DNA from: Longimicrobiales bacterium
Lineage (GTDB): Bacteria; Gemmatimonadota; Gemmatimonadetes; Longimicrobiales; Gaopeijiaceae
DNA: 64,000 nucleotides
Assembly: GCA_965226375.1 (NCBI GenBank)
Contig: CBDDCX010000008.1
Location: 992,001-1,056,000, forward strand
Direction of reading: 5' to 3'
Made by a program: the position numbers and the translations under genes. Below the pieces are notes generated by a model. The model did not search any database. It saw only the letters and a program-made list of their open reading frames with translations, and was not told the origin of the DNA. Shown piece after piece: positions 31,052 through 41,362 of this stretch. Position 1 is the first letter of the stretch. Each line of letters opens with the position of its first letter.

Positions 31052-32662
31052 ATGAGTGAGAGAAACGGCCGCCCCATCTCCCGCCGAGACGCTCTCGGCC
31101 GGGCCGCCCGGGCCGGCGCAGGTGCGTATGCATTAGGCAGCCTGCCGCTGCTCGCCCGCTGTGCCCCGGCGATGGGCCGGGAGAAGCCGAACATCGTCTT
31201 CATCTTCTCCGACGATCACGCGCCGCAGGCCATCTCCGCGTACGGATCGAAAATCAACCAAACCCCGAACATCGACTGGATCGCATCAGAGGGCGCAATC
31301 TTCCTCAACAGCTTTTGCACGAACTCCATCTGTGCCCCGAGCCGTGCGGTTGTGCTGACCGGCAAGCACAGCCACATCAACGGAAAGATCGACAACTCTC
31401 TGAGTGATCCATTCGACGCCACTCAGCCGACGTTCAACAAGAACCTGCAGGCGGCCGGTTATCAGACCGCAATGATCGGGAAGTGGCACCTGCGCTCCGA
31501 TCCTGTCGGCTTCGACTTCTGGCAGGTGTTGCCGGGCCAGGGGCACTACTACAACCCGGACCTGCGCACGCCTGAGGGAGAGATCCAGATCGAAGGATAC
31601 GTGACCGACATCGTCACGGACCTCTCCATCGACTGGCTCCAGACGGGGCGGAACCCCGATCAGCCCTTCCTGCTGATGTGCCAGCACAAGGCGCCGCACA
31701 GAAACTGGATGCCCGGACCCGATCACCTGATGACGTTCGAAGGCGAGGAGATCCCCGAGCCTGAGACGCTGCTCGACGATTACCAGAACCGAGCCTTTCC
31801 GGCGAGCGATCAGGAGATGTCGATCCGCGATCACATGCGGCCCGCGGCCGATCTGAAGATCACGCCGGACAACCCGGACGATCCCACGGACAAGGCCGAC
31901 TTTACCAATCTTTACAATCGGATGAACGACGAGCAGAAAGCCGCATGGGACGCCGCCTACGAGCCACGTAACGCCGCCTTCCGGGCCGCGAATCCGCAAG
32001 GAGACGACCTCGTCCGCTGGTACTACCAGCGCTACATCAAGGACTACCTACGCTGCATCGCGGGGGTCGACGACAGCGTAGGACGCATCCTCGACCACCT
32101 GGACGAATCCGGACTCGCCGAGGCCACCCTTGTGATCTACTGCTCGGATCAGGGCTTCTACCTGGGCGAGCACGGGTGGTACGACAAACGATGGATGTAT
32201 GAGGAATCGCTGCGCATGCCCTTTGTCGCCCGCTGGCCCGGCCGGATCGAGCCGGGGACGCGCGTGCCACATATGATCCAGAACATCGACTACGCGCCCA
32301 CCTTCATCGAGATGGCAGGTGAAGCTGTGCCCGAGGACATTCAGGGTGAGTCGCTGCTCGGGCTCATGAGCGGAGAGCACTCCGGCCAATGGCGCGAGTC
32401 GATCTATTACCACTACTACGAGTTCCCGCAGCCTCACCGGGTCGCTCGCCACTACGGTGTGCGCACGGATCGACACAAGCTGATCTACTACTACGAGACC
32501 GACGAATGGGAGCTCTTCGATCTGGTCGACGATCCAATGGAGATGACCAGCCTGTACGACGACCCTGATCGAGCCGAGCTCGTGAGCACGCTCAAGGCGG
32601 AGCTGCTGCGGTTGAGAGAGTACTACGGAGATGACACGGGCCAAGCGTTCGGGGATTCATGA
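31052..32662 (+). CDS. Cys-type sulfatase (N-acetylglucosamine-6-sulfatase-like family) with Tat signal
   Basis: SRRDAL; SDDH, CAPSRAVVLTG, GKWHL, HKAPHRNW, SDQGFYLGEHG. Confidence 0.92.
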   Translation: MSERNGRPISRRDALGRAARAGAGAYALGSLPLLARCAPAMGREKPNIVFIFSDDHAPQAISAYGSKINQTPNIDWIASEGAIFLNSFCTNSICAPSRAVVLTGKHSHINGKIDNSLSDPFDATQPTFNKNLQAAGYQTAMIGKWHLRSDPVGFDFWQVLPGQGHYYNPDLRTPEGEIQIEGYVTDIVTDLSIDWLQTGRNPDQPFLLMCQHKAPHRNWMPGPDHLMTFEGEEIPEPETLLDDYQNRAFPASDQEMSIRDHMRPAADLKITPDNPDDPTDKADFTNLYNRMNDEQKAAWDAAYEPRNAAFRAANPQGDDLVRWYYQRYIKDYLRCIAGVDDSVGRILDHLDESGLAEATLVIYCSDQGFYLGEHGWYDKRWMYEESLRMPFVARWPGRIEPGTRVPHMIQNIDYAPTFIEMAGEAVPEDIQGESLLGLMSGEHSGQWRESIYYHYYEFPQPHRVARHYGVRTDRHKLIYYYETDEWELFDLVDDPMEMTSLYDDPDRAELVSTLKAELLRLREYYGDDTGQAFGDS

Positions 32663-32674
32663 GCAGAGGCAGCT

Positions 32675-34249
32675 TCAATTCCCCGGACCCGGGTACACCC
32701 TCTCCGGCTCCTGACAGGTGGGCCACGTCATGACGTCTCCCGTGCTCGCGTCTGTCGGGAATGTGTCTCTCCGGTCCCGCGAGACACGCTCCGGGTCCTC
32801 CGCAGCCAGGTACGTCATCGCCGCGATCAGGGTCGCGTTGTGCCTCACTTCCTCGAAGACGAGCTTGTCTAGTGTGTCCCGGTTGGTATGCCACGTGTAG
32901 GTGCGGTAGTCCCACCCTCGTCCACCGAATCGGAAAGCGGGCACGCCGTAGCAGAGGAACGAGGCGTGATCGGTGCCGCCGCTCGCGGGTGTTCCGGGGA
33001 GCGTGAGCTTGAGCGGGTCCGCCAGCTCGCTCGGCATTTGTGCGAACCAGCGAGAGAAGTGCGCGCCGGCTCCCGTCATTCCCTGCATCGAGATGTCGTT
33101 TACGAGACCCGTGCCGATGTCGAAGTTGAGCAGGACGTGGAGACCCTGGACCACGCGCTGATTGTCCTGCGCGAAGGCCCGTGACCCGTTCAGTCCCTGT
33201 TCCTCGCCACCCCAATGACCGACCAGAATGGTCCTCTTGGGCTCCGGATAGACTTCCTTGAGGATCCGCATCGCCTCGAGGATTGCGATGGTCCCGGCTC
33301 CCGTGTCCGTAGCCCCCGAGCCCCCGTCCCACGAGTCGAGATGGGCCGATAACACGACGTACTCGTCGGGGAGCGATGTACCGCGGAACTCCGCAATCGT
33401 GTTATACGCCGGGACCTCGCCGAGCATCTCCGCCTGCGCGTCCACGCGAAGGACAGGTCCCTGAGCGTTCTGGGTGAGCCGGAACAGCAGGCTGTAGTCC
33501 TCGCAGCTCAGGTCGAGCGAGGGCACCTCATCGGTTCGGGCGCCGAAAATCCGGGTGACGCCCCACCCGCCCGACCAGGTGGAGGTCAGGACACCGGCGA
33601 CTCCCCCTCGCTCGAGTGCTTGCGGGAGCGTTCTCGCGGTGTGGTCGGTTCGCTCGATGCCGGTGCGCCAGTCACTCGCCCGCTGATCCCGGGTCTCACG
33701 CATGTTCCCGTAGACACTCGAATCCGCGAACTCCTCCCAGCTTTGGTCCGGCCGGCAGGTGGTTTGAGGTGGAGAGATCAGCACGAACTTGCCCCGCGCC
33801 GTAGAGAGCCAGGTCGCGAATTCGTTCGGGTCTTGGACCGTCGGGAGCGCGACCACTTCGCCCTCTACCGGGCCTCGCGTTCCCGGGCTCCATCCGAGCA
33901 TCGTGGCTTCGAGGGTCCGTACACGAGGGCTGATGAGATCGACGTGCGTCGGGCCTCGACGCCACCCCCTCCAGGTTCCGTACTGCTCGGTCCGGGCAGG
34001 TATGCCCCATGAGGTGTAATGCGAGACCAGCCAGTCACCCGCGGCCTCGAGTTCCGGTGTTCCGGTCAGGCGGGGACCGATCGAGTCCATGAGGACCTGC
34101 GCGAACTCGTAGGCCCTCGAGCTGTCCATCCCCATGGCCCAGATGCGGCGGAGAACAGGGTCGTCCGTCGTGAAGGTCTGGGCGTTTGCGGGAGAGGTGC
34201 CCAGGGTCACGGCCAGGGCGAGGGCTGTGGCGACTCGTGGGGCGTTCAA
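32675..34249 (-). CDS. Secreted M28-family peptidase
   Basis: TTG 34249 after GGAGG; DSIGPRLTG, SAHLDSW..GATD, GGEEQGL, GTDH, TWHT..D. Confidence 0.88.
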   Translation of the reverse strand: MNAPRVATALALAVTLGTSPANAQTFTTDDPVLRRIWAMGMDSSRAYEFAQVLMDSIGPRLTGTPELEAAGDWLVSHYTSWGIPARTEQYGTWRGWRRGPTHVDLISPRVRTLEATMLGWSPGTRGPVEGEVVALPTVQDPNEFATWLSTARGKFVLISPPQTTCRPDQSWEEFADSSVYGNMRETRDQRASDWRTGIERTDHTARTLPQALERGGVAGVLTSTWSGGWGVTRIFGARTDEVPSLDLSCEDYSLLFRLTQNAQGPVLRVDAQAEMLGEVPAYNTIAEFRGTSLPDEYVVLSAHLDSWDGGSGATDTGAGTIAILEAMRILKEVYPEPKRTILVGHWGGEEQGLNGSRAFAQDNQRVVQGLHVLLNFDIGTGLVNDISMQGMTGAGAHFSRWFAQMPSELADPLKLTLPGTPASGGTDHASFLCYGVPAFRFGGRGWDYRTYTWHTNRDTLDKLVFEEVRHNATLIAAMTYLAAEDPERVSRDRRDTFPTDASTGDVMTWPTCQEPERVYPGPGN

Positions 34250-34493
34250 TGCAGTCCTCCCGGTCGGGTGACAGTGGTCGTCGAGTGTGCCAGGGAAGGT
34301 GTGGCGCCGCCGATATCGCGGCAAACGGCGGGCGACGGGGCCGTGACGGGCGGAAGGTCCCACCCCCGGTAGGTGTGTTTTCCCGGTCACTGCATCCTGC
34401 AAGCGTATGGCGATACCGCGGGCCTCGTGTATGCTGCTCGGTGACGGCGGACCAGAATCGCGGCGGCAAGCCGCTGACACCCTCAGGAGAGTC

Positions 34494-35435
34494 ATGATGA
34501 AACGCCTCGTTTGCGTCACGTTGGTTGCGCTGGGCTGGTCGGGCCTTCTGTCCGCTCAGGACGCCGCCCTTCCTCCCGTCCAGAAGGTCCCCAACTACCT
34601 ACCGCACATGACGGTGCCGGAGGTGCGAGACCTCCTGACCCGCACCGACATGGTGATTATCCCGGTCGTGTCCCTCGAACAACACGGGCTCCACCTGCCG
34701 ATTGGAACGGATTACCTGAACGGTGTCGAACGTGCGAAGCTCATCGCCCAGCGTGTCGACATCCTGGTCGCTCCCATCCTGCTTCCGGGCCAGTCGCCGT
34801 ACCACATGGGGTTCGCGGGTACGATCACTCTCCCATCCACACTCGGGCAAGAGGTGTATATCGAAGCGGCCAAGAGTCTTATGCACCATGGCTTCAAGCG
34901 CTTCCTGATACTGAATTCACACGGAGGAAATACCGCGATCACCCGGTTCATCGTCGACCGTATCAACCAAGAAACCGAAGGGATCGCGGTCGACCTGGGT
35001 GCGGTATTGGCTCCCTTTAGACCTCGCCTTCCCCCAACTGCGAGGACGGACACCGGCCCGCCGGTCCTCGACCGGCACGGTGGGACGTCCGAGACATCGA
35101 ACTCTATGCACCTCATCCCCGAGCTCGTCGACCTGGCGGCCGCGCTTCCAGCCGAGCTCACATTGCCGCCTCAGCTGGAGCGCATGCTGCCCGACGTGTT
35201 GGCCGGAGATCCCACCGCACTGGCCGTCTTTCTGGCAGAGGGCCTGAAGGATGAGGAGACAGGAAAAGGTACCTCGGCAGCGGAGATGTCGAGCACCGGC
35301 GTTTGGGGCGAGCGTGACCCGGCGGAATCAACGGCGCAGAGAGGCCGGGACGCCACCGAGTCGCTGGTCAACGCTGCCGTCGGATTCATCGAACGCTGGA
35401 ACGAGCTGCGTCCGCCCGGCACCGGAAGCCCCTAG
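34494..35435 (+). CDS. Creatininase-family amidohydrolase with signal peptide
   Basis: LEQHGLHLPIGTD, NSHGGN, HGGTSETS, TGVWG. Confidence 0.9.
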   Translation: MMKRLVCVTLVALGWSGLLSAQDAALPPVQKVPNYLPHMTVPEVRDLLTRTDMVIIPVVSLEQHGLHLPIGTDYLNGVERAKLIAQRVDILVAPILLPGQSPYHMGFAGTITLPSTLGQEVYIEAAKSLMHHGFKRFLILNSHGGNTAITRFIVDRINQETEGIAVDLGAVLAPFRPRLPPTARTDTGPPVLDRHGGTSETSNSMHLIPELVDLAAALPAELTLPPQLERMLPDVLAGDPTALAVFLAEGLKDEETGKGTSAAEMSSTGVWGERDPAESTAQRGRDATESLVNAAVGFIERWNELRPPGTGSP

Positions 35436-35511
35436 CTTGCACGCCTCCTCCCGACAGACCAAGCTGGAGCCCTCAATATTCAGCCGCGGAGTCACACAAA
35501 GGTTTTAGATT

Positions 35512-36066
35512 ATGAAGAGGTCATCGCTACTGACGTTATGCGGTTTCGCCGTCGTTCCCTTCCTCACGATCCCACAGGGGGCATTAGCCCAACAAGGGGA
35601 TGATTACGATCCGGAAGCGCGTCTCGTGGAGCTCGACATCACGCTTCCTGAACCCCCCAGCCCGGTTGCCAACTACGTAAACGGTGTGCGCACCGGGAAC
35701 TTGATATTCCTGGCGGGGAAGGGGCCCAAGCGGGCGGATGGCAGTGAAATCACCGGTAAGCTGGGTGCCGGTGTGACCATCGAGCTGGGCTACGAAGGCG
35801 CACGCCTAACGGCGATCAATCAGCTCGCCGTGCTCAAGGCGATGCTGGGGAATCTGGACCGGGTTGTGCGCGTCGTGAAAGTCTTAGGCATGGTCAACTC
35901 AGACCCGTCCTTTGTGGAGCAGCCCGCGGTGATCAACGGGTTCTCGGACTTGATCGTAGAGGTCTTCGGCGAGCGAGGGCGACACGCACGCGCCGCCGTC
36001 GGTATGGCATCGTTGCCTCGCGGCCAATCCGTGGAGATCGAGATGATCGTCGAGGTGCGCGACTAG
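35512..36066 (+). CDS. RidA/YjgF-family protein with signal peptide
   Basis: ANYV...GNLIFLAG, VINGFSDL..EVFGERGRHARAAVG, VEIEMIVE. Confidence 0.9.
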   Translation: MKRSSLLTLCGFAVVPFLTIPQGALAQQGDDYDPEARLVELDITLPEPPSPVANYVNGVRTGNLIFLAGKGPKRADGSEITGKLGAGVTIELGYEGARLTAINQLAVLKAMLGNLDRVVRVVKVLGMVNSDPSFVEQPAVINGFSDLIVEVFGERGRHARAAVGMASLPRGQSVEIEMIVEVRD

Positions 36067-36140
36067 GTCAGCATGATGCCCCCCGATTGAGTGTACACGG
36101 TCAGGGGCAGGACCAACGCTATAGCACACTGGAGGTTGGG

Positions 36141-36896
36141 ATGGCAGGAGTCGAGGGCCGGATCGCGCTCGTCGCGGGCGCAGGTCGAGGCATCGGGCGT
36201 GCAGTCGCCGAGCTGCTGGCGGAGCGGGGCGCCCGGGTCATGGGCATCAGCCGTAGCGAACAGGAGTTGGCCACGCTCGGTTTCGAGTACACGGTCGCGG
36301 ATCTCGGTACGCCCGAGGGCTGCGCCCTCTCCGTCGCGGAAACGGAGCGGCGCTTGGGACCGATCGAGATCCTCGTCTGCAATCACGGCATCGGCTCGGC
36401 GCACGAGCGGGTGATCTGGGAGCAGGATCCGCAGGTCTGGAGCGAGACGATAAGGATCAACCTCGACGGACCCTTCCACCTCTCGCGGTTGGTGGTGCGC
36501 GGGATGGTCGAGCGCGGCTACGGACGCCTTGTCTACACCAGTTCGACCGCCGGCCTGGTCGCCGAATACGCAGGAAGCGCCTACACGGCGGCCAAGCACG
36601 GACTGATCGGATTGATGCGAGCGGTCGCGCAGGACGCGGGCGCCCACGGTGTTACCTCGAATGCCGTGCTGCCCGGTTGGGTGCGGACCGAGATGGCCGA
36701 GCGCTCGGCCCGCGCCGATGCCGAAGAACGTGGCGTCACGACCGAGCAGGTGTGGGAGGACCGAGCGGCCCTGTATCCACCGGGCCGCGTCGCCACACCT
36801 CGAGAGGTCGCCGAGATGATCGCCTTCTTCGCGTCTGAAGAGTCGAGCGGCGTCAGCGGTGAAGCCGTTCGCGTCGCGCTCGGGAACGTTTTTTAG
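36141..36896 (+). CDS. SDR oxidoreductase
   Basis: GAGRGIG, YTAAKHG, PGWVRT. Confidence 0.9.
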   Translation: MAGVEGRIALVAGAGRGIGRAVAELLAERGARVMGISRSEQELATLGFEYTVADLGTPEGCALSVAETERRLGPIEILVCNHGIGSAHERVIWEQDPQVWSETIRINLDGPFHLSRLVVRGMVERGYGRLVYTSSTAGLVAEYAGSAYTAAKHGLIGLMRAVAQDAGAHGVTSNAVLPGWVRTEMAERSARADAEERGVTTEQVWEDRAALYPPGRVATPREVAEMIAFFASEESSGVSGEAVRVALGNVF

Positions 36897-36942
36897 GAGC
36901 GCTCGTGTCGTTGGATCTCTGTTAGACGTTGGCGCCGTAGTC

Positions 36943-37914
36943 CTAAACCGTCGTAGTGTGGGCCTCATACGCGAGATTGGCGATCGCAGTGTCCTGCACG
37001 CCCGTTCCGGTCAGGTCACAGACGGTGATTTCGTCATCCGTCTCACGTCCCTTCCGCGTACCGATGGCCAGTTCTCCCAACTCGATGATGTCGAGATCGG
37101 GGGGGAGTTCGCCATCCTGCAGGAGGTGCTGGATTTCCCCGTTGGCACGACATTGTGACAGGGTGTCGCAGGCCAGTTTGTCCGCCTTAAGCAACAACCC
37201 CGGATCCAGCTCCTGCTTGCCGGGAAAGTCGGCACCGACCGCAGTGATATGTAGGCCCGCATGCAGAGCGTCTGATGTGATCAGCGGCCGGTCACTGGCG
37301 GTAGTCGTAATCACGATCTGACTGGCCTCGACGACGTCATTCGGTGCATCACTGACCCGAACGTCCAGACCATGCTTCGCGGTCATCTCCGCGGCGTACG
37401 CATAAGCCTTTTCCCGCGACCGGCCCCACACCAAAACGTTCTTGAACGTTCGTAGTAACGCCAGGCATTCGACTTGGTAGCGCGCTTGCACGCCGGTGCC
37501 GACAACGCCGACGGTATCGACCACAGATGGCGCCAAGTACTTGGCGGCTACGGCTCCGGCAAGGCCGGTCCGCAAGTCGGTGAGGTAGCTGTTATCCAGC
37601 AGGATCGCTTCGCAGAAACCGGTCTCCGCCTTCAGCAACACCATCATGGCGCTGCCCGCCGGCAAACCCTTGGCCGGATTGTCGTAAAAGCCGGAAGCGA
37701 TCTTGATGGCGATATAGGGCATGCCCTTTACGTAAGCACTCTTCACATCGATGTCGCCGTTCTTGTCCTTTGCAGAGATGTGCATGATCGGCGGCATGCT
37801 GACTCGATCCTGTTGCAGCCAACTGAATGCCGCCTCTACAGCCTCGAGTGCTTCTTCATTGATGCCGACCGCCTGCCGCAATTCACTCTCATTCAGGATT
37901 CGAGCGCTCATCAT
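36943..37914 (-). CDS. Ornithine cyclodeaminase/mu-crystallin family (EutC-like)
   Basis: KIASGFYDNP, YLTDLRTGLAGAVAA, GTGVQA, CDLTGTGVQD. Confidence 0.88.
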   Translation of the reverse strand: MMSARILNESELRQAVGINEEALEAVEAAFSWLQQDRVSMPPIMHISAKDKNGDIDVKSAYVKGMPYIAIKIASGFYDNPAKGLPAGSAMMVLLKAETGFCEAILLDNSYLTDLRTGLAGAVAAKYLAPSVVDTVGVVGTGVQARYQVECLALLRTFKNVLVWGRSREKAYAYAAEMTAKHGLDVRVSDAPNDVVEASQIVITTTASDRPLITSDALHAGLHITAVGADFPGKQELDPGLLLKADKLACDTLSQCRANGEIQHLLQDGELPPDLDIIELGELAIGTRKGRETDDEITVCDLTGTGVQDTAIANLAYEAHTTTV

Positions 37915-38162
37915 GCCCCTCCTCGGCTAATCCAGCAGCGCAGCGCATGCGATATAATGCCGCATCGTCAATCGCGATTATCCACTAGGACCTGACCACC
38001 TTCACACCAGCGGTCTCAGGCAACTCGGGGTGGAAAATGGATTCCCCGCACGCGCTCTGGCAAGAACGGCAGATCGTCTATCCTGCACCACCTCTAGCTT
38101 TGCAGGCTTCAGAGCCACCGGATAGCTTATCTGCGGCCTTTCCATCAGCGGGGTGTTCAAGC

Positions 38163-39581
38163 ATGAGAAGCGATTTCTCGAACAGAATATGGTTCCCTTG
38201 CTTCACTCTGATCTCCTTGATCGCTGTGATCGGGGTGGTGGTATGTCCACACCCACTGCGGGCAGCCGCCACCCAAAATCCCCCACCCGAACAAGAGCTC
38301 TTCGAAACCATCGATCGAAACCGTGAGTCGCACCTCGCGTTCTTGCAGAGCCTGATACGGGCTCAGCCCGACGGAGAAGCGGCCGTTCAGGTCTTGGTCG
38401 CGGCGCGGTTCGAAGAGCTCGGTCTCGAGGTCGAGACGCAGAGCCTGATGCCCATCGGGCTGAGTCCCGCTCACGAGTTCGCTGCGGAAGAGATGATCCA
38501 GATGACCGAACGGGTCAGCGTGATGGGGCGACTGCGCGGAACGGGAGGCGGCAGGAGCATGCTGTTCTTCGGTCACCCTGACCCTGAACCCATGACCGAG
38601 GAGTCGATGGAGGGATGGGAACACGACCCGTTCGCGGCCGAGGTGGATGGTGGTCGACTCTACGGATGGGGTGTAGCGGACGATCTGGCGGGTGTGGCGA
38701 TCATGGCCGAGGCGCTCGCGGCGGTGCTCGAGACGATCGGGACCCCTCGCGGTGACATACTCCTTGCCAGCACTCCCGCAAAGCGTAACGCCCGCGGCAT
38801 CGTTGGTCTGCTGAACGAAGGATATCACGCCGACGCTTCCGTGTACTTGCATCCGGCCGAGTCGGAGAAGGGTCTGGAGGACATCAAGGCGATCACGTCG
38901 GGCATGGTAAGATTTCGAATCATCGTGAAGGGCGAGTCCCCCGACACTCCGGAGCCAGGACAGACCGCATTCAGCCACATGGCGGTCAACGCGGTCGACA
39001 AGGCCGGGGTGGTGTTAAACGCGCTCCGCGAGCTCGACGAGGACAGAGCAGGACGAGTCTTTCATCCGGCCTTGGATGCCGCGGTGGGTCGTTCGACCAA
39101 CTTGTTGGCGAGCCACGTGTCGTGCGGCGCGGCCGGTAGCACGACCAGGGTGCCGACCGAGTGCGTGATCGAAGGATCGATCACGTTTCCACCCACCGAG
39201 CTCATGCCTGATGTCCAACAGGAAATCCTGGACGCCATCGATCGGGCGGCACGGAACGACCAGTGGCTAACGCAGCATCCGCCGGCGCTCGAGTGGTTGG
39301 CCGGCACCCAAGGCGTCGAGGTGTCGGATGACCATCCTCTGTACCGGACGGTGCACGAGGCGGTTGTCGAGGTCACGGGTGTCGCGCCCGAGGTGAACCC
39401 ACTGCACTCGGGGAGTGATATCAGGAATCCGAAGCTCTTCAGCGATATTCCCTCGGTCGGCATCGGCCCCCTGGCTGGAGATCTCACTCAGGCCGGCGGA
39501 CACGACGAGTGGGTGGACGTCGAGGACTACATCCGCGCGATCAAGATCTGCGCAAAGATCATTGTCGACTGGAGCAACTGA
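38163..39581 (+). CDS. M20/ArgE-DapE-family deacylase with N-terminal signal or TM segment
   Basis: FGHPD, W.HDPF, LYGWGVADD, GSDIR, HDEWV. Confidence 0.8.
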   Translation: MRSDFSNRIWFPCFTLISLIAVIGVVVCPHPLRAAATQNPPPEQELFETIDRNRESHLAFLQSLIRAQPDGEAAVQVLVAARFEELGLEVETQSLMPIGLSPAHEFAAEEMIQMTERVSVMGRLRGTGGGRSMLFFGHPDPEPMTEESMEGWEHDPFAAEVDGGRLYGWGVADDLAGVAIMAEALAAVLETIGTPRGDILLASTPAKRNARGIVGLLNEGYHADASVYLHPAESEKGLEDIKAITSGMVRFRIIVKGESPDTPEPGQTAFSHMAVNAVDKAGVVLNALRELDEDRAGRVFHPALDAAVGRSTNLLASHVSCGAAGSTTRVPTECVIEGSITFPPTELMPDVQQEILDAIDRAARNDQWLTQHPPALEWLAGTQGVEVSDDHPLYRTVHEAVVEVTGVAPEVNPLHSGSDIRNPKLFSDIPSVGIGPLAGDLTQAGGHDEWVDVEDYIRAIKICAKIIVDWSN

Positions 39582-40050
39582 CCGGTTCCTCCGGCCGATC
39601 CGCCGATCGGTCGAAATCACGATCGTAACCCTCTTTGCCGTGCTGACGATCGCCGTTTTCGCACAGGTCGTCGCACGGTACGTGTTCAACAAGCCCCCCA
39701 CCTGGACCGAAGAGCTCGCCCGCTTCTGCCAGGTATGGATCATCCTTCTTGGCTCCTCCATCTGTGTGCGTAAGGGCAGCCATCTGGCTGTCGACTATCT
39801 GGGGCCGTCGCTGGCACCCGGAGTGCGCAGAGCGGTTGCGGTGTTCACAGGCGGTCTGATCGCGATCTACTCGGCGGTCGTGGTGATCTGGGGTGTGCGA
39901 CTCATGATGATCGCGTGGCTGCAGACGTCTCCCGCCATGCAGCTGAACATGGGGTTGGTATACCTGGTGTTTCCCATCGCCGGCGGGCTGATGTTGCTGG
40001 AAGCGATCCTGGCAACGGAGCAACGCGCTCGAGGCGTAGAGGGCTCGTGA
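39562..40050 (+). CDS. dctQ: TRAP transporter small permease
   Basis: QVVARYVFN...WTEELAR, HLAVD; four TM segments. Confidence 0.88.
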   Translation: MSTGATDRFLRPIRRSVEITIVTLFAVLTIAVFAQVVARYVFNKPPTWTEELARFCQVWIILLGSSICVRKGSHLAVDYLGPSLAPGVRRAVAVFTGGLIAIYSAVVVIWGVRLMMIAWLQTSPAMQLNMGLVYLVFPIAGGLMLLEAILATEQRARGVEGS

Positions 40051-40081
40051 TTCTGCTGATGTCGATCAACTGGGAGGCCTC

Positions 40082-41362
40082 GTGATCCTCCTGGTACTGA
40101 CCATGTTCGCACTGATCATCATCGGCATGCCTGTAGCGTTCGCCCTCGGTGTGGGTGCACTGGGAGCGCTGCTGGCCGACCCGACCCTTCCGATCACCTT
40201 GGTTCCGCAGCGCATGTTCACCGCACTCGACTCGTGGCCGATCATGGCGGTGCCGTTGTTCATGTTGGCCGGGGGACTCATGGACAAGGGAGGTATGTCA
40301 CGGCGCATCGTGGAGTTCGCGTCCGCCTGCCTTTGCTTCGTGCGGGGCAGCCTGGGGATGGTGACGGTGATGGCCAGCATGGTGTTCGCGGGCATTTCGG
40401 GATCGTCGACAGCAGACACGGCGGCCGTGGGCTCGATCATGCTGCCGGCGATGCGGAGCAGAGGATACGACATGCGCTTTGCCGCCGCCCTTCAGGCGGC
40501 CGGGGGAGCGATCGGCCCGATCATTCCCCCGAGTATCCTGATGATCGTGATCGGATACGTAACAGGAACGTCCGTTGCCCAGTTGTTCTTGGCGGGTGTC
40601 GTGCCCGGGGTGCTGATCGGCGTCGGCCTCATGGTGGTGGCCTATCGGCAGGCGCTCAGGGAGGGGCCGGACTTCGATGCGCCCGTGCCGTTCGATATGC
40701 GTAGGGCGATGGACGCGGGTGTGCAGGCGCTCCCGGCGTTGGGGCTACCGGTGCTTATCGTGTTCGGGATACTGGGCGGGATATTCACGGCGACCGAGGC
40801 AGCTGCCGCAGCGGTCGTTTACGGTCTCGTGGTAGGGCTCTTTCTCTACCGTGAGATCAGGTTGCGAGACCTTCCGTCGATCGCCTTGGAGGCCGCCGAG
40901 ACATCGAGCATGGTGCTGTTCATTGCGGCCACCGCGATGCTGTTCGCATGGCTGGTGGCGTCGCATCAGGTGCCTCAGGCGCTGGGGGCGTTTCTGCAGG
41001 CCCACATCAGCGACCGCGTCGTCTTCTTGGTCTTCCTGAATCTGGTATTGCTCCTGTTGGGGATGTTTCTCGAGAGCTTCTCCGCGGTGATCGTGTTCGT
41101 GCCGATCTTGTTTCCCTTGGCCCTCGATTTCGGTATCGACCCGCTCCACTTCGGGATTCTCACCACTGTGAACCTGGCCATCGGGTACATCACGCCGCCT
41201 TATGGAGCCACCTTGTTCGTCGCCTGCGGCATCTCAGGGGAGAGCGTGCGAGCCGTGAGCGCGAGGGTCGTGCCGATCTTGATCGCCATGCTCTTGGTGC
41301 TGGTCCTCGTCACCTACTGGCCCAACACGGTGCTGTGGCTGCCACGGCTGGCTGCTCAGTGA
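40082..41362 (+). CDS. dctM: TRAP transporter large permease
   Basis: AVPLFMLAG, GISGSSTAD, IIPPS, FTATEA, ITPPYG. Confidence 0.93.
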   Translation: MILLVLTMFALIIIGMPVAFALGVGALGALLADPTLPITLVPQRMFTALDSWPIMAVPLFMLAGGLMDKGGMSRRIVEFASACLCFVRGSLGMVTVMASMVFAGISGSSTADTAAVGSIMLPAMRSRGYDMRFAAALQAAGGAIGPIIPPSILMIVIGYVTGTSVAQLFLAGVVPGVLIGVGLMVVAYRQALREGPDFDAPVPFDMRRAMDAGVQALPALGLPVLIVFGILGGIFTATEAAAAAVVYGLVVGLFLYREIRLRDLPSIALEAAETSSMVLFIAATAMLFAWLVASHQVPQALGAFLQAHISDRVVFLVFLNLVLLLLGMFLESFSAVIVFVPILFPLALDFGIDPLHFGILTTVNLAIGYITPPYGATLFVACGISGESVRAVSARVVPILIAMLLVLVLVTYWPNTVLWLPRLAAQ

